A stretch of DNA of 64,000 bases from Calditrichales bacterium (GCA_965267575.1 OZ254086.1:3904001-3968000); one strand, 5' to 3'; numbered from the stretch's first letter, positions 48,810 to 59,481 are shown. Made by a program: numbers and translations. The notes: generated by a model from the sequence alone, not told the origin.

Positions 48810-50072
48810 TTAGGCGCGGCTGAAAATGGTACGATACCTTTCCAGATTCAGCTGGTCGGCATAAAAAATATCATCCAGAACCAGACCGACGGCGCCCAGC
48901 ACGGCGGCGCATTCTTTGAGGGCGGCGTGCTGCAGGCGCACAGCCATAATGGGGGTATGCAGGGCATCTTTATTGATGCGTTCGCGGATAAGCTCCAGCA
49001 AAAAGGGGTTGTAGGCGAATGGTTCGCCACCGATGAGCAAAACCTCAGGATTGAGCGTATTGATCAGGTTTATACAAAGCAATCCCACCAGGCCGGCATA
49101 TTCGTAAACTATCTCCAGGGCCAGCGGATCACCTTCCTGGGCTTTGTTAAAAATTTCGTCTGTACCCAAGTTTTCCAGGCACAATGCGGTTTTTACGTTT
49201 TCTTTTATCCCTTTTTGCGCGGCGCTTATCAATACGCTTTGCGACAAAATATCACCAAAATTTCGGTGACCGTTACGCGACAACCGGCGGAATTCAGCAC
49301 CGTCGCGTATGGCATACCCCACATCAAAATAACCCACCTCGCCGGCACTGGCGGACACACCGCGGTACAAATCACCATTTATAACAATGCCCGCACCGAT
49401 ACCGTCACCAATCCACAAAAACACCATATCACGCGAATTACGGCCGTTGCCAAAGCGGCATTCGCCAAATGTTATGGCTTTTACGTCGTTTTCTATAACT
49501 GTTTCAATATTGAAACGTTCTTCGATAATACTGGCGATCTCCACACCTTCCCAGTTCTTGTGTGAATCAGACTCCAGGATAAAGCCGCGTTTGTAGTCAA
49601 CCAGCCCGGGAATCGCCACGCCGATGCCCATCGCCTGTCCATGGCGCACCCATTTGATATTTTGGTATTCGTCGATATACTCAAAAATGCGCTTAAGGAT
49701 GGTTATTAGATCCGTTCCACGCGGGTAATGAATCGTATCATGGCGGTGTATGCGGGCATTCAGATCGGTCAGCGCAATTCGGGCATGATCGCGCTTAATC
49801 TCCAGGCCCAAAGCGTAGCCCGACAGTGGATTGAACTCCAGCAGGATCGGTTTGCGGCCGCCCACTTTGCTGGACTTGCCCATCCCCACTTCTTTGACAA
49901 ACCCTGTTTCCAGCAGTTTGGCAACAATCTCAGAAACGGTTGCCTTGGAGATTTTATATTTTTTTGAAAGCTGGGCGCGGGATAAAGGCCCGAAGTCTTT
50001 GATAAATCTAAGTATATTAAGTTCATTAAAATCGCGCACCAGGCGAGCGCCGTAGCCAAGCTTTCTAAGCAT
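48810..50072 (-). CDS. ROK-family transcriptional regulator (NagC/XylR-like)
   Basis: N-terminal HTH (GPLSRAQL...SKATVS), GGRKP, IGVAIPG, IENDV, GDGIGAG, AGEVG. Confidence 0.93.
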   Translation of the reverse strand: MLRKLGYGARLVRDFNELNILRFIKDFGPLSRAQLSKKYKISKATVSEIVAKLLETGFVKEVGMGKSSKVGGRKPILLEFNPLSGYALGLEIKRDHARIALTDLNARIHRHDTIHYPRGTDLITILKRIFEYIDEYQNIKWVRHGQAMGIGVAIPGLVDYKRGFILESDSHKNWEGVEIASIIEERFNIETVIENDVKAITFGECRFGNGRNSRDMVFLWIGDGIGAGIVINGDLYRGVSASAGEVGYFDVGYAIRDGAEFRRLSRNGHRNFGDILSQSVLISAAQKGIKENVKTALCLENLGTDEIFNKAQEGDPLALEIVYEYAGLVGLLCINLINTLNPEVLLIGGEPFAYNPFLLELIRERINKDALHTPIMAVRLQHAALKECAAVLGAVGLVLDDIFYADQLNLERYRTIFSRA

Positions 50073-50203
50073 TTATTAACCTTCAAGACGCAACCGTACA
50101 GACTGCATGTGATATATATTCCACTTATAAGGTTGTAAAAATACTAAATTTTAATCTAAATTTCATAATCTTATTCTTTCCAGCACAAAACGGGTTTAAA
50201 TTC

Positions 50204-52345
50204 ATGGATCTTTTGACTTCTGCCTCCATTTCCGACATCACACGCAATGTCGTTCCCGAAGAGTTTACCAATCGGGATGAAATAGCCTTCCGTAAAATGC
50301 TCAGTCCGGAGAAAAAATATCGCGCTCTAAGCGGCAAGGAAATCGAGCGCCTGGTTCAAAACAATAACCATGCGGAAAGCTGGCAAAATATTATGATTGC
50401 CGAAGGTTGCGATATTGACCTGATCCGAAACTGCGAATTTATAGGTTTGGTGCGTATTGGCGCGCAGACAAAGAAATATCTTGAGTATCACAAAATGCGG
50501 CTGCCGGTCGGACTTTACGGTTCGCTGATAATCTCCAGCGATATAGGCGATGACGTCGTTATCCGCAATGTCCATTATCTGTCGCGATACGTGATTGCCG
50601 ATAACGTCATCCTGTTTAACATCGACGAGATGTACACGGTGGATAACGCCAAATTTGGCCTGGGCATACTTAAAAAAGGTGAAAAGGAAAATGTCCGTGT
50701 GTGGCTGGAGGTTTCCAATGAAAATGGTGGCCGCAGGGTGCTTCCCTTTCCGGGAATGCTCTCGGCTGATGCCTATATCTGGTCCCGCTACCGTGAAGAT
50801 AACGGATTGCTAAACAGGTTTGTAGAGCTGACGCAAAATATGTCCGATGATAATCGGGGACATTTCGGGTACGTAGGCAATAAATGTGTTATTAAAGATA
50901 CACGCATCATAAAAAACGTGCGTATCGGTGAAAACTGCTATATCAAGGGTGCTAACAAACTTAAGAATCTTACCATCCAGTCCAGTGCCGAAGAGCCCGG
51001 TCAGATCGGGGAGGGTGTGGAGCTGGTAAATGGTATAATGGGGCCGGCTAATAAGATTTTTTACGGTTGTAAATGTGTGCGCTTTATGACAGGACGAAAT
51101 GTGCAGGTTAAGTACGGCGCGCGTGTTTTAAACTCCTACCTGGGCTGCAATTCTACGGTTTCCTGCTGCGAAATTCTCAACAATCTTATATTTCCGTTCC
51201 ACGAACAACACCACAATAATTCTTTCCTGATTGCCTCAACGGTGCTGGGACAATCCAACATAGCCGCCGGCGCTACCATCGGCTCCAACCATAATTCGCG
51301 CGCAGCCGATGGCGAAATCATAGCGGGAAGGGGCTTTTGGCCCGGGCTGGAAAGCAGCTTCAAGCATAACAGCGTCTTTTCCACATTCAGCCTTATTGCC
51401 AAGGGCAGCTATGAAGCGGAAATGAATATCAAGCTGCCTTTTTCGCTGGTTAGCCGCAATGCCGCCACGGGACAAATACAGATCTTTCCGGCGTTCTGGT
51501 TTCGCTATAACATGTACGCCCTGGCGCGTAACTCCTGGAAATTTCATAACCGCGACAGGCGCGTGGTAAAAGACCAGAATATCGAGATGGATTACCTGGC
51601 CCCGGACAGCATTTCGGAGATGTTGCAGGGTATGGAGATTTTAAAAAATGCAATCCACCGGAGCGGTGCCGCATTGCCGGACCTCGATGATCTCAGTTTT
51701 GCTTTTAAAGACCTGCGTGACGTTTCAGTAGATGACATGGTCAATAAGGAAAAGGCCTTACTGATAAAGCCCCTTCAGGGCCTCAAGCTTTACCACATGA
51801 TGATCGACTACTTCTGCGCCCGCCAGGTTGCAGGTGCTCTTTCCGGCATGCACGATTCCCTCGAAAATATCCTTGCCGCTTATAAAGAGCCTGACGCCAA
51901 CTGGGTCAATGCCGGCGGCCAGCTGATCATGGAAAAGGACATGAAGCAGCTTCTGGCGGACATTAAAAACAAAAAGCTTAAAGACTGGAAACAAATACAC
52001 CAGCGTTATGATGACCTATGGCAGAAATACCCTCAGGATAAGCTGAATTTTGCCCTTTACGCCTGGATGAAAAAAGAGGGCCTGGTATTTAAGGAGTTAA
52101 AGTCGGAGGCGATAAAGAAACTGCTGGAAAAATCGCTGCACATAGACGCGCTGCTTTTGGAATGGACCACGGAATCGCGCGCCAAGGATTATAGCAGCGA
52201 GTTTCGTAAAATCACCTATCGTAACGAGGCGGAAATGGAAGCCGTACTCGGCAAACTGTCCGACAACAGCTTCATAAAAACAATGACGGACGACCACGTT
52301 TCATACAAAAAACAGCTGCAGGCTATTCTAAAGAAGATGAATTAG
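50204..52345 (+). CDS. DUF4954 family protein (left-handed beta-helix-like repeats)
   Basis: YR.L...EI..L..N.N....W, NENGGR, IGEGVELVNG, SNIAAGATIGSNHNSR. Confidence 0.8.
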   Translation: MDLLTSASISDITRNVVPEEFTNRDEIAFRKMLSPEKKYRALSGKEIERLVQNNNHAESWQNIMIAEGCDIDLIRNCEFIGLVRIGAQTKKYLEYHKMRLPVGLYGSLIISSDIGDDVVIRNVHYLSRYVIADNVILFNIDEMYTVDNAKFGLGILKKGEKENVRVWLEVSNENGGRRVLPFPGMLSADAYIWSRYREDNGLLNRFVELTQNMSDDNRGHFGYVGNKCVIKDTRIIKNVRIGENCYIKGANKLKNLTIQSSAEEPGQIGEGVELVNGIMGPANKIFYGCKCVRFMTGRNVQVKYGARVLNSYLGCNSTVSCCEILNNLIFPFHEQHHNNSFLIASTVLGQSNIAAGATIGSNHNSRAADGEIIAGRGFWPGLESSFKHNSVFSTFSLIAKGSYEAEMNIKLPFSLVSRNAATGQIQIFPAFWFRYNMYALARNSWKFHNRDRRVVKDQNIEMDYLAPDSISEMLQGMEILKNAIHRSGAALPDLDDLSFAFKDLRDVSVDDMVNKEKALLIKPLQGLKLYHMMIDYFCARQVAGALSGMHDSLENILAAYKEPDANWVNAGGQLIMEKDMKQLLADIKNKKLKDWKQIHQRYDDLWQKYPQDKLNFALYAWMKKEGLVFKELKSEAIKKLLEKSLHIDALLLEWTTESRAKDYSSEFRKITYRNEAEMEAVLGKLSDNSFIKTMTDDHVSYKKQLQAILKKMN

Positions 52346-52374
52346 AACAGGAACCGAACCATGGAAAGGACCCC

Positions 52375-53181
52375 GTGAAGAAGAGCAAAAAACCTATAAA
52401 AGCATATAAAAACCTGAAATTTCTCAACAGTGGTGAGGCTCGGCCCATACGCATCCAGGCCGAGTATTTTGAACCGTATTACCGTTTCCGCGATTTTAAC
52501 ATAGAATCCACGATCGTACTTTTTGGCTCGGCACGTATCCATCACTTAAAGAATGGCGCGGCAAAAGTGGAAGCCGCCCGCAAAGCCTGCGAAAAAAATC
52601 CAACAAAGGATAATAAGCAAAAGCTGGAAACGGTCGAACGGCTGGTGCGATTGTCCCACTACTACGATGAGGCCGTGGAGTTCTCAAGGCGAATTACAGA
52701 ATGGGCGCTAAAAAACAACGGCAAAGAGCAAAAATACTATATCTGCTCCGGTGGCGGCCCGGGCATAATGGAGGCGGCCAATAAAGGCGCGCGTGATGCC
52801 GGTGGCCGATCGATCGGGCTAAACATCTCCCTGCCCATGGAGCAGTTTCCCAATCCTTACATCACCCCGGAACTAAATTTTGAATTCCACTACTTCTTTA
52901 TGCGCAAATACTGGTTTGTCTATTTTGCCAAAGCGATCGCCATTTTTCCGGGTGGCTTCGGCACATTGGATGAAATGATGGAGGTTCTTACGCTGATACA
53001 GACACGCAAGGTGCTGAAGAAAATGCCGCTTATTGTATTTGGGAAAGATTACTGGGATGACATTATAAATCTCGATGCCATGGCCCGCTGGGGAACCATA
53101 TCGCCGGAAGATTTAAAGCTGTTTAAATTTGTAGAAAATGTGGATGAAGCCTTTAATTATCTGACAAAGCGCCTGAAATAG
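52375..53181 (+). CDS. LOG-family nucleotide monophosphate phosphoribohydrolase
   Basis: FGSAR, GGGPGIMEAANKGA, FHYFFMRK, PGGFGTLDE. Confidence 0.93.
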   Translation: MKKSKKPIKAYKNLKFLNSGEARPIRIQAEYFEPYYRFRDFNIESTIVLFGSARIHHLKNGAAKVEAARKACEKNPTKDNKQKLETVERLVRLSHYYDEAVEFSRRITEWALKNNGKEQKYYICSGGGPGIMEAANKGARDAGGRSIGLNISLPMEQFPNPYITPELNFEFHYFFMRKYWFVYFAKAIAIFPGGFGTLDEMMEVLTLIQTRKVLKKMPLIVFGKDYWDDIINLDAMARWGTISPEDLKLFKFVENVDEAFNYLTKRLK

Positions 53182-53182
53182 A

Positions 53183-54307
53183 TCAGCCGCGCACCATGTC
53201 TGTGGCCTCTTCATAATACTCAAAAAACTGCAGATCATTCAGGATATCATTGATCGTCTCATCGGCGGACTGCACCGACCAGAACGAAATACCCACGGTT
53301 TCGCGCTCCAGGGCGTGGGCCAGTTCACGCATTAAGACAGCCAGGATAAGCGTATGCTTTTCATTCCATTTATTTATCGCGGAAAGATCGACCTCTGTTT
53401 CGGGCAGCGCTTTAATACCAAAATTTTCAAGCTCGGCAAATATCGGATCGAATTTATGCCAGGCTTTGTTTAGGGCACGCTGAGTGTTTTTGGCTCCCGC
53501 GAACTGCACAAACTCATCTATCTTTTCCAGCAGATAGTGTTGTATGGCGGCGCGGCTTTTATCCTGTTTGCTTTCAAGATCGCTATCCGGACGGCCCGAC
53601 GCTGCGATCGGCTCAAACAATGACGGCTCAACGCGATAACGGCCTTCAGCCCATTGCAGGATTTCGTCCATAGCCTCGTCTTCATCTTTATCGCCATAAT
53701 CAACGCTGATAAGGGCGCCCTTTTTGTAATGGAACGTCGCCTTCTCCTCATCCTTTTCGAAGATCAGCTTTCCTGAAAGCGCATTGTCTTCAACGTACTT
53801 GAGAATTTTAATAACGTGCGTTTCCTGCAGACTGCCGCTGGGATTAAAGCGCTTTTTGTAATACTCTTCCGTGTCGCGGCGAGCCACGTTGGCATCTTTA
53901 AGACGCTGGCTGAGCAGGTGCGTCAGCGTAATGGTAATATTTGGATTGTTTAATATCAGCCGGTCAAAATCGTCCTTGGAAAGGCGCCACAGCTCCACGT
54001 CATTAACTGCCACAACACTGGCTGAACGCGGCTCACCGGTTAGAAGGGACATCTCGCCAAAATGGTCGCCGCTTTCAAGATATGAAAGGACGACGCTTTC
54101 CTTTTTGTCCGTTGTGGCGGACATAACTTTTACGCGACCTTTTTTGATGAGATAGAGGCAATCGCCCTTATCCCCTTCATTGATGATCGTACTATCCGGA
54201 AGGAAGGTTTCAGGAACTAGTTTTTCGGCAATAAGCTCAAGATCCTGTTCTTCGACGAAGGCAAAAAGCGGGATATTCTTTAGCTGCTCTACGGACTTAT
54301 CGTACAT
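53183..54307 (-). CDS. cNMP-binding domain + DUF4388 (PATAN-like) + unknown C-terminal domain
   Basis: FGEMSLLTGEPRSASV phosphate-binding cassette; SGSLQE...LSGKL...ILQWAEGRY. Confidence 0.85.
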   Translation of the reverse strand: MYDKSVEQLKNIPLFAFVEEQDLELIAEKLVPETFLPDSTIINEGDKGDCLYLIKKGRVKVMSATTDKKESVVLSYLESGDHFGEMSLLTGEPRSASVVAVNDVELWRLSKDDFDRLILNNPNITITLTHLLSQRLKDANVARRDTEEYYKKRFNPSGSLQETHVIKILKYVEDNALSGKLIFEKDEEKATFHYKKGALISVDYGDKDEDEAMDEILQWAEGRYRVEPSLFEPIAASGRPDSDLESKQDKSRAAIQHYLLEKIDEFVQFAGAKNTQRALNKAWHKFDPIFAELENFGIKALPETEVDLSAINKWNEKHTLILAVLMRELAHALERETVGISFWSVQSADETINDILNDLQFFEYYEEATDMVRG

Positions 54308-55404
54308 TAAAGAATGGTATTCTCAACGATTTTGACAATTTCACTGACTTCGTGGGTTTTGGTCAGTTCGGCCCCACCCAGCCTTTTTAATTCGGCTTCA
54401 AATTCTGCTTTTACCGAATCATCGGTTATGAAAATAAAAGGCATTTCCTGTTTTTCACGCACCTGCTTAACAAAACTTACGCCGTTGCCATCGGCAAGCT
54501 TTATGTCGGATATGATCAGATCAACATCATTGGAGGAAACGCTGTCCAACGCGCCAGCGATATTGGGCGCGCTGCTCACCTCGTAGCCGAGGCCCCTGAA
54601 AGCCCTTTCGATCACCTTGCGCACCACAAGCGAATTATTAACGATCAAAATGCTTTTTGTCTCCTCGGTGATGGCTTCTTTCTTTTCCTCGCTGTCCAGC
54701 GTAAGCGGCTTAACGCTTATTTCAAAATGCCCTTCTTTCCAGCCCAGCATTGTATCCAGCGCGCGATCGTCTTTCACGTCACCCAGTTGTACTTTGGTTA
54801 ACTGGCCCCTTTCAAACTCAAAGCGCCCTACCTGGTCGGCATTCTTTACTTTCATAGTGCCGGTGAGGGAATTGGCTTCGCAAAAGCTGATCAGGTCTAC
54901 GATGGAGATATCTTTCAGGCTGCCACTGGGCCCGCCGCCATCGCCTTTTGTTTCCAGCGCTTTGCCTTTTGGCATTTCGGCGGCCTTTTTCAGGGTCTCG
55001 CGCAACCGCTGGCTTACAATCTTGCCCATACTGAGCGAGATGGACGGGTAGCGCTCAAGGATAACATCAAAGTCGTTTTTGTAGAGCACAAACATTTCAC
55101 AGGGTTTTGTGGCGATAACCGTGGCGGAACGGGGTTCTCCGGTCAACAGAGCCATCTCTCCAAAATAATCGCCCGATGTAAGCGTGGCCACAACCTGCTC
55201 CTGGTCATCATCATTGTAAATGCAGATCTTTGTTTCACCGCTGATGATAATGAACATCTCTTCACCGGGATCACCAATACGGCAAATCGCTTCGCCTTCC
55301 TTAAAGGTTTTAAATTTGAGCCGCTCGACGATGAAATCTATGCTTTCTTTTCCCAACATCCGGAAAATGGGTACCTTTTTCAGGATTTTTCCAATCTGAA
55401 TCAT
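54307..55404 (-). CDS. cNMP-binding + DUF4388 + receiver domain protein
   Basis: FGEMALLTGEPRSATV; GSLKDISIVDLI...LTG...LGWKEGHF; C-terminal REC (ISDI, T, K). Confidence 0.87.
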   Translation of the reverse strand: MIQIGKILKKVPIFRMLGKESIDFIVERLKFKTFKEGEAICRIGDPGEEMFIIISGETKICIYNDDDQEQVVATLTSGDYFGEMALLTGEPRSATVIATKPCEMFVLYKNDFDVILERYPSISLSMGKIVSQRLRETLKKAAEMPKGKALETKGDGGGPSGSLKDISIVDLISFCEANSLTGTMKVKNADQVGRFEFERGQLTKVQLGDVKDDRALDTMLGWKEGHFEISVKPLTLDSEEKKEAITEETKSILIVNNSLVVRKVIERAFRGLGYEVSSAPNIAGALDSVSSNDVDLIISDIKLADGNGVSFVKQVREKQEMPFIFITDDSVKAEFEAELKRLGGAELTKTHEVSEIVKIVENTIL

Positions 55405-55433
55405 CGTGTGAATTCTCCCTGTCAGCTAAGCGG

Positions 55434-55628
55434 TTACATGTTACCGAGAAAATAAAACAAATATAGGGCGATCAAAAAAAACGCTATGCTCCACCAGATT
55501 GACCGCGGCTTTCTCCGGGGGAGACGGTCAAATTTTATACCGTCTTTTTCGTTCCCTTTTAGTTTGGAATCAGGGCCAAGACGGGACTGTAAATCAAATT
55601 TTCTGTACTTGCGAGAAGATGAAAACAA
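55434..55628 (-). CDS. Small protein with C-terminal TM helix
   Basis: Basic N-terminus, hydrophobic C-terminus, fills an operon gap; TTG start with weak RBS. Confidence 0.5.
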   Translation of the reverse strand: MFSSSRKYRKFDLQSRLGPDSKLKGNEKDGIKFDRLPRRKPRSIWWSIAFFLIALYLFYFLGNM

Positions 55629-55692
55629 AGCTGCCGAAGCACCATTTCTTGATACAATTTCAATATACTATTTCGCCCAAAAACAATCAATC

Positions 55693-57798
55693 CTAAGGAT
55701 TTTCAGGCTCCAATGCGCCCTCTTTATCGTAGGCGGGAAGTAAAATCGAAAACTGTGTTCCCTCATCGGGCCGGCTGGTCACATCAATCTGTCCGCCATG
55801 TTCGCGGATGATTTGGTATACGATCGCAAGGCCCAAGCCGGTACCGCTGGATTTTGTGGTAAAAAAGGGATCGAATATCATTTCCCGCGTTTCTTCATCA
55901 AAGCCAATGCCTGTATCGCGAAGGAGAATTTGCACGTAGCGGCTGGAGAGCAGGCCCGGTCGTCTCTTGCGGCGGTCGAGCGTGGGCTTTTGTGTCTCGG
56001 TATTGCCCGCTTCAATTGTAAGCGTGCCCCCGTCTTCCATGGCCTGAATGGAATTAAGGATCATGTTTATAAAGACTTGCTGTATCTGGTTGGCATCCAC
56101 AAAAACAGGGTTTAGTTCATCTTCATAAAGCTGCCTGACCTCTATATTTTTATCGCGGATCTGTTTACGCAGCAGGGCCAGTACTTCTTCAAAGATATCC
56201 TTCAGCTGGCACGATTTTGGGTCGGGCCGTGTCGGCCGCGCATAGCTAAAAAAGGATCGCAGCAATTCATCCAGGCGGTTAACCTGTCGTAGTATACGGC
56301 GCACGTATTCGAGCAAATGCGTATCGTCCGGCAGTTCCTCTTCCATGTTTTGTGCCATGGCTTTGATTCCAGCCAGGGGATTGCGAATCTCGTGGGCTAT
56401 CCCGCTGCTTAATATGCCAAGCGAAGCCATGCGATCCATGCGGATTATTTCCGACTGAATCCGCTTGGTCTGGGAGATTTCAGAGAATACCATGATAAAA
56501 TAGGGCTGCCCGAAATTCCACTCCATCATGTAGACGGAGTAGCCGATATAGACGTCCACATGGATTTCCGAGCTTAAACGGATTTCCTGGCGCACAAGTG
56601 GAAATTCATTATTTTTGATGCTGATGTTTATTCTTGACAGCGTTTGTCTGTCTAGCACCTCTTCCAGGTTACCCGGGGTCTGTCCGTTTCTATTTAAGAT
56701 GCTCCAGGCCGCGCCATTGCTGTAATGGATCTTTTTGTTTTCGTCAAAAATGATTAGCCCGAAATCAACGGCACTCAAAACTCTTTCCAGCAACAGAGAA
56801 TTTTTTATCGCGGAGTCTACGGGTAGCCGTTGCTGCAATGCGCTGTCAGATTGCAGTTCTTTCAGATCCAGTTCCTCAAGACGAAAGACTACACGTTGCG
56901 CTGCCAGGCTGGTAAAAGCCACATCATTTTCGGCGAAGTCGTTCCGATACAGTTTATTGACCAGGACAATGGCCCCCAGCGGCTGGTGCAAAACGACAAG
57001 CGGAACAAAAAGCAATCCGTGCACTTTGAGATTCAGGCCTTCCTCCAGACGCTGTACAAATGGGTCAACACGTTCTGCCTGCTCCAGCACGACAGGCGTA
57101 TTGAGCGATATGGCCTTCGCTACACGGCTGCCGCGGAACGGTAGTGAGAATTTGTAGGTAATCTCCTTCCCGTCACGGCTTAATATTTGAACAGTAAATA
57201 TCTGTTTCTCGGAGTTGTAAAGGGCGATCAGGCTCTTTTCCACGGCCAGGGCCAACTCCAGCCTGCCCACAAATTCATTTTGCATGTAATTCAACAAGTC
57301 CGCTCTGCTGCCAAACCCGGCCACGCGCTTCATATCAAGCAGCTCGTCAAGGGACGAGATCATTTGCTTTTCACCGTCAACGATGTACTTGTAAAGCCGG
57401 TTGCGGCGCTCCGTCTGCGCCATAGTGATGGCCCTTTCCACATGATGACGTAGCAGGAGATGCGAAACGGGATAACTTACAAAGTGGTTATGGGGATATT
57501 CTGATAACGAAGCAAGGAGTTTTTCCTGTTGCGTGCCTCCGAGGAAGAGAAAAGGCACGAGAGCATTTTTGTGGTTTTCGCGCTGCTCTTTCAAAAGACG
57601 GTAATCAAAATTGTCCTGTCCGGTGGCGTCGATAACCACGGCATCGGGGTTTTCTTCTTCCAGCGCCCTGGAAAAGGCGGTATTAAAGCCCAGGCCCAAA
57701 AAGCGTAATGTCTTGTCGGAGGAGTACGCTGTCGAAAATTGCCGGATGAGGTCGCCGTTATCCGAAACAAAGAGCAGTATTATCTGACGCTCTTTCAT
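55693..57798 (-). CDS. Sensor histidine kinase (receiver-like, GAF, PAS, HisKA, HATPase)
   Basis: LLFVPL...GAIVLVNK...F.END GAF motif; AHEIRNPL; NSIQA; DTGIG; FFTTK; GTGLGL. Confidence 0.92.
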   Translation of the reverse strand: MKERQIILLFVSDNGDLIRQFSTAYSSDKTLRFLGLGFNTAFSRALEEENPDAVVIDATGQDNFDYRLLKEQRENHKNALVPFLFLGGTQQEKLLASLSEYPHNHFVSYPVSHLLLRHHVERAITMAQTERRNRLYKYIVDGEKQMISSLDELLDMKRVAGFGSRADLLNYMQNEFVGRLELALAVEKSLIALYNSEKQIFTVQILSRDGKEITYKFSLPFRGSRVAKAISLNTPVVLEQAERVDPFVQRLEEGLNLKVHGLLFVPLVVLHQPLGAIVLVNKLYRNDFAENDVAFTSLAAQRVVFRLEELDLKELQSDSALQQRLPVDSAIKNSLLLERVLSAVDFGLIIFDENKKIHYSNGAAWSILNRNGQTPGNLEEVLDRQTLSRINISIKNNEFPLVRQEIRLSSEIHVDVYIGYSVYMMEWNFGQPYFIMVFSEISQTKRIQSEIIRMDRMASLGILSSGIAHEIRNPLAGIKAMAQNMEEELPDDTHLLEYVRRILRQVNRLDELLRSFFSYARPTRPDPKSCQLKDIFEEVLALLRKQIRDKNIEVRQLYEDELNPVFVDANQIQQVFINMILNSIQAMEDGGTLTIEAGNTETQKPTLDRRKRRPGLLSSRYVQILLRDTGIGFDEETREMIFDPFFTTKSSGTGLGLAIVYQIIREHGGQIDVTSRPDEGTQFSILLPAYDKEGALEPENP

Positions 57799-57804
57799 CT
57801 ACTT

Positions 57805-58482
57805 TCAGGAAAAGTCCTGGCGAAAGCGCTCATACTCCATAATGATGAGCTTGCTGCCTTCTTTCTTCAGGTATCCGAGCTGGCTAAGGGATTTAATAAC
57901 TCTGGAGATAGTTTCGCGGCTTGTTCCGGCCATATTGGCCAAATCCTGCTGCGGCGGCAAATGCGCGATTTCCACCCGCCCCTGCTTGATGATACCGGAA
58001 TCATCGGCTATGCGCAGCAGCGTGGAAGCAACACGGCCCATGGCGTTTTGCAGACTCAGGCTTTTTATTTGGGAATCGCTGCGGCGCAGGCGGTGAGCAA
58101 GTTCTTTCAGCAGGTTAATGGCAATCTGCGGATAATCATAAAGCATCTGCAGAAAGTTTTCGCGGCGAATGATCATCAGTTCCGTGTCTTCAAGTGTAAC
58201 GGCGTTGGCGCTGCGTGTCTGGCCGTCCAATATGGACATCTCGCCAAAGAAATCGCCATCACATAAAATGGATAAGATAACCTCCCGTCCCTCGTCGCTA
58301 ATGCGAGAAATTTTAACCCGGCCGTCCAGAATAACAAACATGGTAGAGCCAACCTCTTCCTCGATAAGCACCATATTGTCTTTTTTGTAGACCTGGCGTA
58401 CCGTGTGCCGCGCGATGTCGTTGAGATCATCGTCGCTTAGTTCAGAAAAGAGGGGAATTGATTTTAAGATTTCGATTTCCAT
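57805..58482 (-). CDS. Crp/Fnr-family transcriptional regulator
   Basis: FFGEMSILDGQTRSA cNMP cassette; HTH QQDLANMAGTSRETISR. Confidence 0.95.
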   Translation of the reverse strand: MEIEILKSIPLFSELSDDDLNDIARHTVRQVYKKDNMVLIEEEVGSTMFVILDGRVKISRISDEGREVILSILCDGDFFGEMSILDGQTRSANAVTLEDTELMIIRRENFLQMLYDYPQIAINLLKELAHRLRRSDSQIKSLSLQNAMGRVASTLLRIADDSGIIKQGRVEIAHLPPQQDLANMAGTSRETISRVIKSLSQLGYLKKEGSKLIIMEYERFRQDFS

Positions 58483-58493
58483 TAGACACCTCG

Positions 58494-59147
58494 TTATTCC
58501 TTGATAATCCTGTAGTCCAATTGATATTTTTCCTTCAGCTCATTCGCTAACTGCAGCGTCTCGTCAAAATCCTTTTTTCCCGGTACCCAAACACAGTACA
58601 ACATTTTATTCTGGACCGTTCGCGCTTTAATAAGAGATTCGATTTTCTGCGTTTGCAGCATTTTCTGCATCTGCTGTGCGTTATCTTCCAGCCCGAAGGC
58701 GCCAACCTGTATAAAAAAGCCTTCATCCTGGTCATTTGAAGCTACAACGGGTTCCCGTTCGTCTTCAACGGCTGCCGCTATATTTAGCAGATCGCTGTTT
58801 TCCACAAGAAAACGCTGGTAATCCGATGCCGTTGAGTAATATCCGCGGGCATAATAGTATTCCATCAGCCGTTCCGCTGCCAGATATTTCGGACGACCTT
58901 CATGGTTCTTGAAAAGGTCTTCATAAATTACGAATGCCTTTTCAGCGTCTTTTTCAAACAGTGCTTCGTAAAAGCGCTTTTCGAGCGGCGCTACGGCACT
59001 ATTCTTAAGCTCGTCGTGAAGCTGTTCAAAATTGCCGTTGCGGTACAGATTCAACAGCTTGTCCGAAGCGGCTGATTGTCCATACAAAATCGATGCAGAT
59101 ATAAAAATCCCGGCGATAAAGAGCTTATAAATCTGAGGTATCGTCAT
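58494..59147 (-). CDS. SPOR domain-containing protein
   Basis: Signal peptide, helical N-domain, C-terminal IQVGAF...NA SPOR motif. Confidence 0.85.
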   Translation of the reverse strand: MTIPQIYKLFIAGIFISASILYGQSAASDKLLNLYRNGNFEQLHDELKNSAVAPLEKRFYEALFEKDAEKAFVIYEDLFKNHEGRPKYLAAERLMEYYYARGYYSTASDYQRFLVENSDLLNIAAAVEDEREPVVASNDQDEGFFIQVGAFGLEDNAQQMQKMLQTQKIESLIKARTVQNKMLYCVWVPGKKDFDETLQLANELKEKYQLDYRIIKE

Positions 59148-59481
59148 TTTCGGGCTGTTCCAGTTGCTTTTTCTGCTGAGACGGGTCAGTTTCTTTTGCT
59201 GAGCCGCCGCTCCCTGCTTCTTCTAATTGCCGCATCGTCTGTTGTAACTGCTTGCGCGTTACATTATACAAATGCCGCAACTTCAAAATGCGTACAACAA
59301 AAATGAGGGTGGCCAGCAAAAATCCCAGAAAAAGGGATATAAAAGTTACGGTGACCAGACTGACGTCCTGATAGCTTTGAAACAACAGGTTTACATTCAC
59401 CGTCTGGCCGACGTTCAGCGAAAACAAACCGAGGATTAAAAAGCCGATTATAATCCAGAAAACCGTTAAGATTATGCGCAT
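59125..59481 (-). CDS. LapA family (LPS assembly protein A-like) membrane protein
   Basis: TM-N...V.V.L-TM followed by a coiled coil. Confidence 0.75.
   Translation of the reverse strand: MRIILTVFWIIIGFLILGLFSLNVGQTVNVNLLFQSYQDVSLVTVTFISLFLGFLLATLIFVVRILKLRHLYNVTRKQLQQTMRQLEEAGSGGSAKETDPSQQKKQLEQPENDDTSDL

Noticed and set aside
50108..50123. TGTGA-TATATA-TTCCA CRP-like site
   Set aside because: Second half-site is poor and the region is AT-rich; too weak to call
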